This document shows positions 40,534 through 50,070 of a stretch of DNA of 64,000 nucleotides, in pieces; within the stretch, counting starts at the first letter, position 1, and each line of letters opens with the position of its first letter. Made by a program: the position numbers and the translations under genes. The notes under the pieces are model-generated. The model had not been told where the DNA came from. It worked only from the letters and a program-made list of their open reading frames with translations, and searched no databases. This stretch comes from a virus (Duplodnaviria > Caudoviricetes), in IMG/VR virus record IMGVR_UViG_3300037067_008333, positions 1-64,000 of that record; one strand, 5' to 3'.

Positions 40534-43053
40534 TTAGAAACTGAAATTTTTCAAGTTATTGGGTGGTTCTGCTTGAGCTATTTGTTGACAGTTTTTAAAT
40601 AATGATGTTAGTTCTGGTTTGGGTCCTGGTCTTTTTACGAGATCCATTGGTGGTGGATCGTTGTAAAATCTATGTTGACCTTTAATGTTGTTATATTCTT
40701 CTTCGGATATTTCATAAAATTCAGAATGATCGGTACGGAATCTGAATCTTTGGATGCCCTTCCATCCGCTTTCTTTATTCTTTGCATACTGAAGTTCATT
40801 AATCGGCATATCCTTGTTATCATAATCAGTACGTCCGACCCATACATCATCTGTACTGGGGTTTATATGTAATTCTTGATGCATAAGCCAAATGACATCA
40901 CAATCATATTCAATGTCAATCGTGTCTTTGATGTCTTGAATTGTTGGACGATTGACAGATTGCATGAACTTACGCAGTTCAAGAACATTGAGTATGGGAA
41001 TGTTATAGATAGTAGTGAGGTCTTTAATCCGTCCACTGATCGCTGTATATTTAGATCGTTCTGAAAGATCCGGAAAGTCACGGAGTTTATGAAAGTTATC
41101 TACAACGCAGAATAGTTTTTTATTCGGTAATCTTTGTTTGTAGTATTTAATACACTTCTCAAGTGCTACTGTCGTGCTACCATCTTCTATATCCCTTACA
41201 ACAAGATTCTCGCTTAACGCATTGAATTGTCTCCATCCTTCTTTCCAGAGTTCCATCTTTCCAGGATTGTTCCATATGCGTTTGCGGGCTCTTCTTATGT
41301 CTGATATACTGAGGCCGGTGAGAAGTGAGAGATAACCCGGAATAACTTTTTGAAATGGATCGTCGATACTCATAACAATGACTAGAATATCTTCATTTTT
41401 CTTGGCCAGTTCCAATGTCAAGGAACGCATGAAGGATGTTTTACCGATGTTTGAAATACCAGCGAGACCAATCATCGATGCTTTCTTTGGTATCCCTTCA
41501 AGGTTTCTTGAAAGTTCTTGGTATTTACCGCAATTGAATCCTGGGTCCACATCAGCTGCTATTTCTTCTTTTAATTCTGTGATACGAATATGATAGCTTT
41601 CCATATCATTGCGGCTAAAATCTTCAGCATCTATTTTTTCATCAAGTTCATTCTTTCTGCGTGTGACACGCTGAGCAAGATCGGATAGATTTTTGGCGCG
41701 TTTGATATCCTTATCAATCTGTTCCTGGAGTTCTTTAAACTCCATGTGTTTCTGGAAATCCTGTTGGCTGGTTAGGTTTCTTACTTCGCGATCTATAATC
41801 TCAATTGGGAAATCAGTACGCGCAGAGAGAGCTGATACCATGTTTGATTGTTCTGCCGGTGATTTTTCCGTTGCGATATACTCAACCATTTCTTGAACGA
41901 TCTTGGTTTTATCAGCATCGAATTTATACAGTGATAGTTTGTAGTTAAACGGTTTCAATAGTGGGAGTTTCAAAAAAGCATCAATACCGAATTTTCGTAT
42001 GTAGTTATCAGGATCGTCATGTCCTTCCGGTATAACGCAGACACGTACATTGAAATTCTTATATTCGCAAAGAATCTCCAATGTATGATTCATGCCGGTG
42101 ATGCCACCAGAATCATTGTCCAGGCAAAGAATAATGTCGTTGACGTTGTATTTTTTTAAGAGTTCAACGTGGCTGGCATCTTCATTGTCTGTGAAGTTGG
42201 TGCTTCCTATACCACACGCATTGAATAGTTTTCCTTCATATGCGGTTACACTATCAGCATAACCTTCGAATATCCAAAGAGGTGGCGTGAAGGTTTTAGC
42301 CTGATAGAAGTTATAAAGGATATTTCCCTTTTGATAAATGAGGCTGGTGCGTGAATTGAGATATTTTGGTGCAGGTTTACCGTCAGAATATGTCTTTCCT
42401 TTAAACCACTTCATATCCCTGGCCGCGAAGCCGCACGGCCGGCCTTTATCATCACAAACTACAAAGATGAGATTATCTTTGTTGAGTATGTATCCGTTCA
42501 TCAACTCGATTTGCATTAGGTAATCTTTACGCCATCCCAATGCTTCCATCTTCGCAATAAAATCATCTTTGTTTTCAACACACCCGATCATTAATGTTTG
42601 AGCTATTTCTTTGTTCCATCCTCGTTCTTTCAGATATTGATAAATTAATGATTCAGGATTTTCCGGATAGGTGCAAAGTATGCTGGCAGCATCTTTGTAT
42701 GCTCTATACATTTCGTATTTTTCTTTAAGATCTTCATTGATGTCATCTGGATTATAGGGAATATTGAATAACTTAGCAAGATGAGCTACATTCTTTGTCC
42801 AGAATTCCATACCATTGATAGGAAGGCCTTCATAGAAATGTGCGAGATGGAAGATATTACCACTGGCATTGCATCCAAAACAATGCCAGGTTTCAGTATT
42901 TCTTGGGTTAACATGACATGACGGAATACCATCTTCATGTTTTCCAGTAGGACATTTGAAGAATTCATTTGATTTTAAATCAAGTTTAAGGTGGTTGATA
43001 ATATATTCAGACAGTTTACCTGATAGTATATCTATAATTTCTTTGTTTTCCAC
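40534..43053 (-). CDS. DNA primase-helicase fusion (CHC2 zinc finger, TOPRIM, DnaB-like helicase)
   Basis: CP..KHED...SC...WHCFGC zinc finger, FEGYAD and DNDSGG TOPRIM motifs, Walker A GISNIGKTS, Walker B VVDNF, and IEYDCD. GTG start after GGAGG. Confidence 0.9.
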   Translation of the reverse strand: MENKEIIDILSGKLSEYIINHLKLDLKSNEFFKCPTGKHEDGIPSCHVNPRNTETWHCFGCNASGNIFHLAHFYEGLPINGMEFWTKNVAHLAKLFNIPYNPDDINEDLKEKYEMYRAYKDAASILCTYPENPESLIYQYLKERGWNKEIAQTLMIGCVENKDDFIAKMEALGWRKDYLMQIELMNGYILNKDNLIFVVCDDKGRPCGFAARDMKWFKGKTYSDGKPAPKYLNSRTSLIYQKGNILYNFYQAKTFTPPLWIFEGYADSVTAYEGKLFNACGIGSTNFTDNEDASHVELLKKYNVNDIILCLDNDSGGITGMNHTLEILCEYKNFNVRVCVIPEGHDDPDNYIRKFGIDAFLKLPLLKPFNYKLSLYKFDADKTKIVQEMVEYIATEKSPAEQSNMVSALSARTDFPIEIIDREVRNLTSQQDFQKHMEFKELQEQIDKDIKRAKNLSDLAQRVTRRKNELDEKIDAEDFSRNDMESYHIRITELKEEIAADVDPGFNCGKYQELSRNLEGIPKKASMIGLAGISNIGKTSFMRSLTLELAKKNEDILVIVMSIDDPFQKVIPGYLSLLTGLSISDIRRARKRIWNNPGKMELWKEGWRQFNALSENLVVRDIEDGSTTVALEKCIKYYKQRLPNKKLFCVVDNFHKLRDFPDLSERSKYTAISGRIKDLTTIYNIPILNVLELRKFMQSVNRPTIQDIKDTIDIEYDCDVIWLMHQELHINPSTDDVWVGRTDYDNKDMPINELQYAKNKESGWKGIQRFRFRTDHSEFYEISEEEYNNIKGQHRFYNDPPPMDLVKRPGPKPELTSLFKNCQQIAQAEPPNNLKNFSF

Positions 43054-43119
43054 TGAGCCTCCACCAATCGTATATAGGTGTGATGAGCGGTTAGTATTAT
43101 TGAAAATGTGATTTATGAA

Positions 43120-43584
43120 TTATCGTCCACAAGCATTAACAAGCATGTATTTGATAAAATCATCAATGGTAGCCGGGGTCAGGATATTGAACTTGGTAAT
43201 ATTACCTTTACTCCATTTATTAACCCATATATCAAAATCATCATTGTCGGTTATGTTCATGGTACTCTTTATGAGTTTCATATTATCAATTTGATCCTGA
43301 CGCCAATCTAGAGGGTCTACGACTATTTGTGTGGTTGGAATACTACCATCCGGTATATTTTCTTTATTTACCGGTTGTTCCGGAACCGGTGGTATTTCTA
43401 TAGTGTGTTGTTGGGAAGGTATTGCTTCTTGCTTGAGTTTTAATTCGGCAACAAGAAGAGAAGACATTCTTAAGAACATGTTGCGAAATCCATCTGGTGT
43501 AATGATTATCCTGTCACCTTCACGCACAAACTCAATCTCAACTTTTACGTCACCGTAATACAATACATTACGTTCAACTTGCAT
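43120..43584 (-). CDS. Hypothetical protein behind a consensus sigma70/sigmaA promoter
   Basis: 154 aa; AGGAGG at 43589-43594. Confidence 0.7.
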   Translation of the reverse strand: MQVERNVLYYGDVKVEIEFVREGDRIIITPDGFRNMFLRMSSLLVAELKLKQEAIPSQQHTIEIPPVPEQPVNKENIPDGSIPTTQIVVDPLDWRQDQIDNMKLIKSTMNITDNDDFDIWVNKWSKGNITKFNILTPATIDDFIKYMLVNACGR

Positions 43585-43617
43585 GAAGCCTCCTAAAATT
43601 ATATATTATTGGTATAT

Positions 43618-43646
43618 ATTATAGAATTTTTTTTTATGTTTGTCAA
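43618..43646 (-). promoter_or_regulatory. Perfect sigma70/sigmaA consensus promoter TTGACA-N17-TATAAT
   Basis: On the + strand, TGTCAA at 43641-43646 and ATTATA at 43618-43623 with a 17-nt spacer, in the intergenic gap upstream of 43584. Confidence 0.9.
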
Positions 43647-43664
43647 TGTTTATTTTTTGATGTA

Positions 43665-44348
43665 TTAATCTGGTTTTTCGAGATCATCAAGAATTATACC
43701 GGAACCGAGTAGTTTATCTTTGGCTTTATTTTTTAATTCCTGTAAGTAGACTCTATGAATATCTAAAAGCTCCGATATTTCATCCATGGTTAGTTTTTTT
43801 CCATACGATAAGTATAAAATGTATTTTTCTAATTGAGTTAATGGAGTTTTTTCAGTTAAACATATATTCTCATATTCCTTTATGTCTTTATAGTTTTCTT
43901 CTATATCTTCATCAGATTCTATGAAGTGAGTATTAACTGAATTCAGGGCATCATGGCTAAGATAAGCAATCCATTCTTTAACCATAAACTTATAATATTG
44001 TGATAGATATCCAACGAAATATGGTCCTTCTTTACGTCTAGTGAACAGTTTTATACTTTCCAAGAAAATCAAATAAAGCTGATTAAATATTTCAGAGAAA
44101 TCCCAGGTGTCGAATATTTTAAGTATGGGGCTGTTATGAATATCTGATATATTAAGCATCTTCATAAGACTGTGAAGATCTTTATCTTTTGGGAAGGCTT
44201 TGATATATCTATATTTTAGAAAGTGCGCGTATTTTAAAATAAAACCTTCAAATGCTTTGAATATTTCCAGTGATACTTCAGGGGTTGGTGTTTTTTTATA
44301 TTCAGCTATAAGTTCGTCTATCTCTTTCCTGGTGTAAATTTTATTCAT
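43665..44348 (-). CDS. Phage-encoded sigma70-family RNA polymerase sigma factor
   Basis: Region-2-like EIFNQLYLIFLESIKLF...YFVGYL and region-4 HTH LTQLEKYILYLSYGKKLTMDEISELLDIHRVYLQELKNKAKDKL. Confidence 0.75.
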   Translation of the reverse strand: MNKIYTRKEIDELIAEYKKTPTPEVSLEIFKAFEGFILKYAHFLKYRYIKAFPKDKDLHSLMKMLNISDIHNSPILKIFDTWDFSEIFNQLYLIFLESIKLFTRRKEGPYFVGYLSQYYKFMVKEWIAYLSHDALNSVNTHFIESDEDIEENYKDIKEYENICLTEKTPLTQLEKYILYLSYGKKLTMDEISELLDIHRVYLQELKNKAKDKLLGSGIILDDLEKPD

Positions 44349-44701
44349 AGAATACCCTTTTGTTTTCTTTTAATGTAATCTTCAGTTTGCATGTAATCTC
44401 GACTATAAGTATATGTATTAACTTGTGGAGTTTTTACAAGTAATTTAATTTTAACTGGACTGAAAATTGTTGTTTGTTGAATAAATAAAAATAACGTTTC
44501 CCATTCTTTATCATCCTCGACATATTTGAAATTCGATGTTGATATTATGCGGCCGGCACCCCATTCTATCTTTTCAATGTATTTAGCTCCATCGTATACA
44601 TTTAAAAGCGCTGCATAGTCTTTTCCACAATCACTAAGGATACCCATACATAAAAATCGTGGATCATTGGTGGCACATGGTTTATCTGTAACTAATTGCA
44701 T
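44345..44701 (-). CDS. Hypothetical protein
   Basis: 118 aa; overlaps both neighbours (TAATG and ATGA type). Confidence 0.6.
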   Translation of the reverse strand: MQLVTDKPCATNDPRFLCMGILSDCGKDYAALLNVYDGAKYIEKIEWGAGRIISTSNFKYVEDDKEWETLFLFIQQTTIFSPVKIKLLVKTPQVNTYTYSRDYMQTEDYIKRKQKGIL

Positions 44702-45435
44702 TATAGTTTCCTGTAATAGTTCCCGGTTGTTTTCGTTTCCGCGGAAAGTCGTTTATATATTTCAAAGCTTGCTTTTCGTTCCATTTCTTTTTCATCCTCA
44801 CTCATGATTTTAGGTACTTTTCCTATTTCTATGGGAATAATATATTTCTGTGATTCAAGAACATGTGGTATACCTTGATTTTTTGGTAATAAACCAACAT
44901 TTGTTATACGATCAAATTGTTCTCTAGCACCATAATAATATCTAGTGAATCTATCATCAATACCACCCACCTTTTCTATGACTCTTCTAGTGTAATATAA
45001 TAATTGTGATGAATGTTCTTTCATCCATGCAACTTGTATATTTCCAATAGAATCAATTTGCAATGGTGGTTCTTCCATAAGGTTCAATTTTTTATAGGTA
45101 AAGTATGGAATATTTGAAAGAGCAGATGCCAGGGTATACAATTCAACCCAGTTGGGACTAATGATTTCCATGTCATCTTCAATGATAAACATAGCATTGA
45201 ATTGTGAGAATCTTCTGATAATCCTATTCTTATTTCTGTTAGGTCCTACCGTGGGGCCATAAGTGAACTCAATTCCCTCTTTCATGAGCATTTCTACGGT
45301 TCCATCTGTGGATCCATCTACCGCGCAAAATAGGTGATATGATATGTTCTGTGTATTTTTCCTGATGCTATTAATAAGGATCTTCAGGCTTTCTTTTCTG
45401 TTGTACGTGGTGATTCCCAATCCTATCCGTATCAT
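44701..45435 (-). CDS. Glycosyltransferase, GT2 family
   Basis: GITTYNR, VDGSTDGT, FIIEDD and VGGIDDRF motifs. ATG at 45435 follows AGGAG (track start 45483). Confidence 0.85.
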   Translation of the reverse strand: MIRIGLGITTYNRKESLKILINSIRKNTQNISYHLFCAVDGSTDGTVEMLMKEGIEFTYGPTVGPNRNKNRIIRRFSQFNAMFIIEDDMEIISPNWVELYTLASALSNIPYFTYKKLNLMEEPPLQIDSIGNIQVAWMKEHSSQLLYYTRRVIEKVGGIDDRFTRYYYGAREQFDRITNVGLLPKNQGIPHVLESQKYIIPIEIGKVPKIMSEDEKEMERKASFEIYKRLSAETKTTGNYYRKL

Positions 45436-45443
45436 ATTTTCTC

Positions 45444-46415
45444 CTATATAAATTTCTGATGCATCAACTTTCCAGAATCCCATAAAAGATTAAGGATATT
45501 ATTATAGTCAGAATAGTAACATTTTACACACCTGCTACCATCGAAGTATTTTTGTTGTGCATATACTTGATACATATCATCTGCGGTAGACATTACAAAT
45601 TCTTTAGTAAAATCGTAGGATGGTTTCTTTTGCGCGTACTGGATTCCACAACATGGAAGCCAGTTTCCCAAAGGATCAATGTTTGGTTTAAGAAGACTAA
45701 TAAGACAGCGTTTATGACCTTTGGTATAATTTTTTCGGCCTTGATATATAACTCGGCAATCGTTTACATCGTTATAAGAGATAAAATCTTGTACTTTATC
45801 TATATTTGAAGCTTTATTGGATAGTATATTATCCACAATACGAATATGGCTGAAGTTGTATTTATTAGCGTATATAATACAATTTAGTAGATTTCCCAGG
45901 TTATCGTTATCAGTAAGTACATAACTAAAAGCCCAATCAATTTTAGCTTCCATTAATGGTGTGAGATGCTCTTTATTTAGTTTTTGTTCGTCACTGACGG
46001 ATATTCTACACCATGTAAGTTTCTTCAATGATTCCATTTTTAGTTTATTAAATAAGACCCCATTGGTGACTAATCCGATATCTATATGTTTTTTGGTAAT
46101 ATAGTCAATTAGTTCATTGATGTGTGGGTATGCTAGAGGATCTCCACCACCTGTTATTGTGATAGCTTCCGTTCCCATGATATGAAATTCATTAATTATT
46201 TGTTTAGCGAGATCTAGATCCATCACATCTTTTTTATTACGTTTATCACAACTACAAAAAGAACAATGTAATGGACATACATTGGTTGGATTCAACTGAA
46301 CGTGTATGGGACGGATGGTATGCTCTTTTACTAATTTTATAATGCTTTCGTTTGAGATAATCTTCTTCGGTAACGTGCTTGCCGCTGTAAAGGAACTAAT
46401 GTCAAAACCTGTCAT
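45444..46415 (-). CDS. Radical SAM protein with SPASM/twitch-like C-terminus
   Basis: CPLHCSFC, ITGGGDPL and LVTNG motifs, plus C-terminal PCCG...CVKC. Confidence 0.9.
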   Translation of the reverse strand: MTGFDISSFTAASTLPKKIISNESIIKLVKEHTIRPIHVQLNPTNVCPLHCSFCSCDKRNKKDVMDLDLAKQIINEFHIMGTEAITITGGGDPLAYPHINELIDYITKKHIDIGLVTNGVLFNKLKMESLKKLTWCRISVSDEQKLNKEHLTPLMEAKIDWAFSYVLTDNDNLGNLLNCIIYANKYNFSHIRIVDNILSNKASNIDKVQDFISYNDVNDCRVIYQGRKNYTKGHKRCLISLLKPNIDPLGNWLPCCGIQYAQKKPSYDFTKEFVMSTADDMYQVYAQQKYFDGSRCVKCYYSDYNNILNLLWDSGKLMHQKFI

Positions 46416-46444
46416 AATATCTCCTTATCTTTATGTCCTTTGTA

Positions 46445-46476
46445 TTATAATATATACAAATATTGATTTTTTTCAA
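46445..46476 (-). promoter_or_regulatory. Promoter, TTGAAA-N18-TATTATAA class (site 4 of 4)
   Basis: On the + strand, TTTCAA at 46471-46476 and ATAATA at 46447-46452, upstream of the ATG at 46415. Confidence 0.7.
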
Positions 46477-46919
46477 CCAATTTTTTTCTTGAAAAAGGAG
46501 ATGTAATCACTACAGAGTCCGAAAACATTTCTATATTCTATTTTCATATTTTTATCCTGGGGTAGACAGATGCAAGGATGGCAACATTTTATTTCTTTAC
46601 CTGGATAGATCCAGATGATTCCCTTTGACGTAAGAGTAGCCGCATCAGTATTATGGTAGAATGTATTGAGCTTTAATCGCATCAATTCGGAAAGTGTTTG
46701 GAGGTCTTTAGCATGACACCAGAGACCTTTCATAGATAGGAATGTTTGCGGGATATTGTATTGAGGAAAATCATGGCCCAGGAAGAAATTGATACCGTTG
46801 AACCACACATCAATCTCAACATCATATCCTTTATTGAGTACACTGATGATGCGCCGGGGTTTATTTTCTTGGTTTGGTACTCGGCCGTTAATGTTCCCGC
46901 GGTGACTGATAAATATCAT
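46473..46919 (-). CDS. Short GDPD/PLC-like phosphodiesterase-fold protein
   Basis: ISHRGN...EN...GYDVEIDVW...LGHD, the GDPD-type N-terminal motifs. Confidence 0.7.
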   Translation of the reverse strand: MIFISHRGNINGRVPNQENKPRRIISVLNKGYDVEIDVWFNGINFFLGHDFPQYNIPQTFLSMKGLWCHAKDLQTLSELMRLKLNTFYHNTDAATLTSKGIIWIYPGKEIKCCHPCICLPQDKNMKIEYRNVFGLCSDYISFFKKKIG

Positions 46920-47632
46920 GGTTTTGACCTTGATGTATCAGTATGTTGGTGATAAATAATACCATCACTATAATTATAAGAGTAATAGACATTATCTTCA
47001 TTGAGTCGTATTACTTTTTTATGAAAGTCGGGGCCCGTACATCTTGATAGTTCATCTCCCAGACATTGTTCGGAAGTATATTTATTGGTAATTGGAATTG
47101 ATGCAAATGTTTTATGTTGACATGCAAATTCTCCATCAATAATAAATATACTACATGAAAAATCAGCTATATTCATGTGTTGATAACGACCTCCACATTT
47201 TCCAAGTAAGGGATTTGAATCCACAGCGTGAAATGATTGTCCAATAGCCTGAGAAACAGCAGCTATAGCACCGCGACTCTTAATTTTTTTATAAAGTCTG
47301 TCAAAATTTGTGGCATCGGTGATTACGGTATCTCCAGTGAACGCAACAATGTATTCGGTATTTTGTTCAAGGGAATAAAATGTGGAAAAACCCAATGAAT
47401 AGTTACGGGAAATAGCATAGGATGGAAGTTCAAATCTGTTATAAATAGTGCCAAGATTCGGAAGGTGATAATATTTATTAACCAATTTTTTGATCTCTTG
47501 TAATTCGGACGATTCTTTGTCATAGGAATGACAAAGAATGATACAAGTATCTTGAAAATTATTTCGAATGTTTCTCAAGGAACTAAGTACCTGTTTATGT
47601 TCATCATACATTGTACACACGAATGTTTTCAT
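46916..47632 (-). CDS. Hypothetical protein, possibly GT-A fold
   Basis: 238 aa within the glycan island with FTGDTVI at a DxD-like position; weak evidence. Confidence 0.45.
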   Translation of the reverse strand: MKTFVCTMYDEHKQVLSSLRNIRNNFQDTCIILCHSYDKESSELQEIKKLVNKYYHLPNLGTIYNRFELPSYAISRNYSLGFSTFYSLEQNTEYIVAFTGDTVITDATNFDRLYKKIKSRGAIAAVSQAIGQSFHAVDSNPLLGKCGGRYQHMNIADFSCSIFIIDGEFACQHKTFASIPITNKYTSEQCLGDELSRCTGPDFHKKVIRLNEDNVYYSYNYSDGIIYHQHTDTSRSKP

Positions 47633-48747
47633 ATAATCTCCACTTGTGGATTAATAGATTTTAGTTTATTGATAATTTCTTGATTATAAATTCCCATTCT
47701 ACATATAACAATGGGATTAATATTATCTTTGATGCATTCTGGATTATATATTGGAAAGGTATATCCGTAAAGGAACTTACCCTGTTTTAATTTCGAGTTA
47801 TCCAGAAAAGCTTGAATATTAAACATTTGCAATCCTGATTGTAGAAGATATTGTGAAGCTGAATGAGCGGCATAAAGGTAGACTTCTTTCTTACCCTTTA
47901 TTTTTTGGTTTACTTCACGCATATCTTTTTGGATATTATCAAAAAACGTATATAATCTACTTATAGCTGATCTATTGAATGGAGCTGGTAGATTAAGTTT
48001 ATTTGCTTTCTGAGCTGCAACGAATATGGCGTGGTTTTTATGGTGGATGAGATTCACAATTCTAAATCCAGTATTTGCAATCATAGCTTCAAGACCGGAT
48101 TGCGTTAGGTAATATGTGTGTTCAAAGTGCATATTATAAGGTGGCATTAAATCATGATCGGCAATATATTCCATATTAGGGAATGAGAGAATAATTTGTC
48201 CGTTTTCAGGAAGAATATCATAAAGTTTTTCTAGTATTTCCCGGGGTTGGTATAGATGCTCTAAAACATGTGAAAATACTACTGTATCTACCTTTTCCTT
48301 TATTAGTGTACTAGTATCAAAATAGGAATGTTTTATAGTTAATTTATCAGATATGATTGCATTGGGTGATGGAGTTTGTTCGTATATTGTCCAATGTTCC
48401 AAAGATTCATTGTTCACTTTTGAAAATAGTTCACCCGTTGGACTTCCAATTTCCAGGACATTTTTTGGATTATGTTTTTTAATGAATTCACTAAAAGCTT
48501 CCATGTGAGTTTTCCATGTTTCACCGACAGTTGTATAATTAAGATTAACCATATAAACACGGTATGGTTCGGCCAAATAACCAAGTTGAATTGTTTCACA
48601 TTTACGGCAGAAACAAAATTGCAACACTTCGAAATCATCTACTACGGGTTTATCTAAACAACTCATTGAAACTGGCATGGATATTTCTCTGAATGGGATC
48701 AGTTGAATATCTCCACAGAATACACATTTATCTCGTTTTATCATCAT
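47629..48747 (-). CDS. NDP-sugar C-methyltransferase-like class I SAM methyltransferase
   Basis: N-terminal CVFCG...CRKCETIQL zinc motif, VLEIGS, FSHVLEHL, HTYY and a C-terminal YLYAA...FLDNSKLKQG domain. Confidence 0.75.
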   Translation of the reverse strand: MMIKRDKCVFCGDIQLIPFREISMPVSMSCLDKPVVDDFEVLQFCFCRKCETIQLGYLAEPYRVYMVNLNYTTVGETWKTHMEAFSEFIKKHNPKNVLEIGSPTGELFSKVNNESLEHWTIYEQTPSPNAIISDKLTIKHSYFDTSTLIKEKVDTVVFSHVLEHLYQPREILEKLYDILPENGQIILSFPNMEYIADHDLMPPYNMHFEHTYYLTQSGLEAMIANTGFRIVNLIHHKNHAIFVAAQKANKLNLPAPFNRSAISRLYTFFDNIQKDMREVNQKIKGKKEVYLYAAHSASQYLLQSGLQMFNIQAFLDNSKLKQGKFLYGYTFPIYNPECIKDNINPIVICRMGIYNQEIINKLKSINPQVEII

Positions 48748-49459
48748 TCCTCCTCAAGTATATTTCCAGATCTTCTGGAGTGCCTATTCCCCACATTTCA
48801 TTCACCATGTACGGAAGAACCATTTTACTCATTCCTATAAGTTCGTTGAACACCGGGCATGTGTAGAACTCATTGTTGACCCTAATGTTTTTGGCAATCA
48901 TTTGTTCCGCGGCTTGAACAAAATCACTTCCTCGTTTGAAATAATAGATACCCACTGTAGCTAGATTACTAATAGGATCTTTCTCTGCAACTCGTATGAT
49001 CCGTTCTTCCTTTACTTCGGCGTAGCTCCATTTTTTTCCTTCTGCCAGGAAACAAAGAATTCCACCGTCTGCTTTTTTAGATTCGAAGTATCGTGCTGAG
49101 AGTGTCATATACATGTAATCTTTTACGATTTGATCACAATTTGCCAGTATTAATTCTTGATCGTTGTTAATGTACTTTTTTGCAAGAAGGATGGTGCACG
49201 CTGCTCCTTCAGTAATTCCAGGAGTTAAAACAACATTGAAGTTAATATTATTTTTATCCATGATATCTATGAATCTCTCATAGTGTGTATACCAAAATTC
49301 TTCAAGACAAATAAATGTATATGTTCCATAGATGTTTAGATTTTTTACCACACGTTCAATCATCGGAACACCTTCAACGTTGATAAATGGTTTTGGTTCT
49401 TTGTATCCTTTTTCTACGAACCGGCTTCCCCGGCCGGCCATGGGGATAACTATTTGCAT
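48728..49459 (-). CDS. Sugar-phosphate nucleotidyltransferase-fold protein
   Basis: IPMAGRGSRF...PKPFINVEGVPMIERV, TEGAACT, ANCDQ and GIGTPEDL motifs. Confidence 0.85.
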   Translation of the reverse strand: MQIVIPMAGRGSRFVEKGYKEPKPFINVEGVPMIERVVKNLNIYGTYTFICLEEFWYTHYERFIDIMDKNNINFNVVLTPGITEGAACTILLAKKYINNDQELILANCDQIVKDYMYMTLSARYFESKKADGGILCFLAEGKKWSYAEVKEERIIRVAEKDPISNLATVGIYYFKRGSDFVQAAEQMIAKNIRVNNEFYTCPVFNELIGMSKMVLPYMVNEMWGIGTPEDLEIYLRRNDDKTR

Positions 49460-50070
49460 TTAAGTTCCTCGATTCTTTTTATGATATTTTCATAAGTAAC
49501 TTCACTGCTGTTTTTAACACGGAGAACATGGGCTCCGGATGCCAAGGCTGATTTTATTCCGTTATCACTGTCTTCTACAATGAGTGTTTCAAGTGGTGAT
49601 ATTCCCATGAATGCCATTGCCTGAAGATAGGGAGACGGATTTGGTTTTGGGAATTTTGTTGTTTCATTTCCCTGGATGTATTCAAGATAATAATTTAGGT
49701 CGGATCGAACAAGCATCTCATAAGCTGTTTTGTAAATGCTATTTGTAACACATGCTTTTCTGTAATCTACGAGTTGGGCCATCATATCCACTTTTTGTGG
49801 GTCAGGTTTACATTGTGCATGAATGATATTTAAGGTGTGATGTTGTTTAAGAATAAATATCTTATCATGATCGTTGTTTTTCAAGATACCTTCGGTTGTA
49901 AGCATTTTCAACTTTGTCTTTGTAGTGAGTCCATTGTATGTTTCGATGTGTTTATCATAAGGTATAACATAACCGCAAATGTCATTCAGAGCCCTATTGA
50001 GCGCCTGGTAATGCCAATCCTGTGCTTCTATAAGAACACCATCTAGATCAAACAATATACTGGTTATCAT
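49450..50070 (-). CDS. HAD-family phosphatase
   Basis: FDLDGVL, VTNS, KPNP and VEDS...G motifs I-IV. Confidence 0.9.
   Translation of the reverse strand: MITSILFDLDGVLIEAQDWHYQALNRALNDICGYVIPYDKHIETYNGLTTKTKLKMLTTEGILKNNDHDKIFILKQHHTLNIIHAQCKPDPQKVDMMAQLVDYRKACVTNSIYKTAYEMLVRSDLNYYLEYIQGNETTKFPKPNPSPYLQAMAFMGISPLETLIVEDSDNGIKSALASGAHVLRVKNSSEVTYENIIKRIEELKCK

Noticed and set aside
43614-43623. ATATATTATA on the + strand as a fifth copy of the N18 promoter class
   Set aside because: There is no TTGAAW at the required distance (CTAAAA instead) and it faces against the genes. It is the reverse complement of the canonical -10 box.
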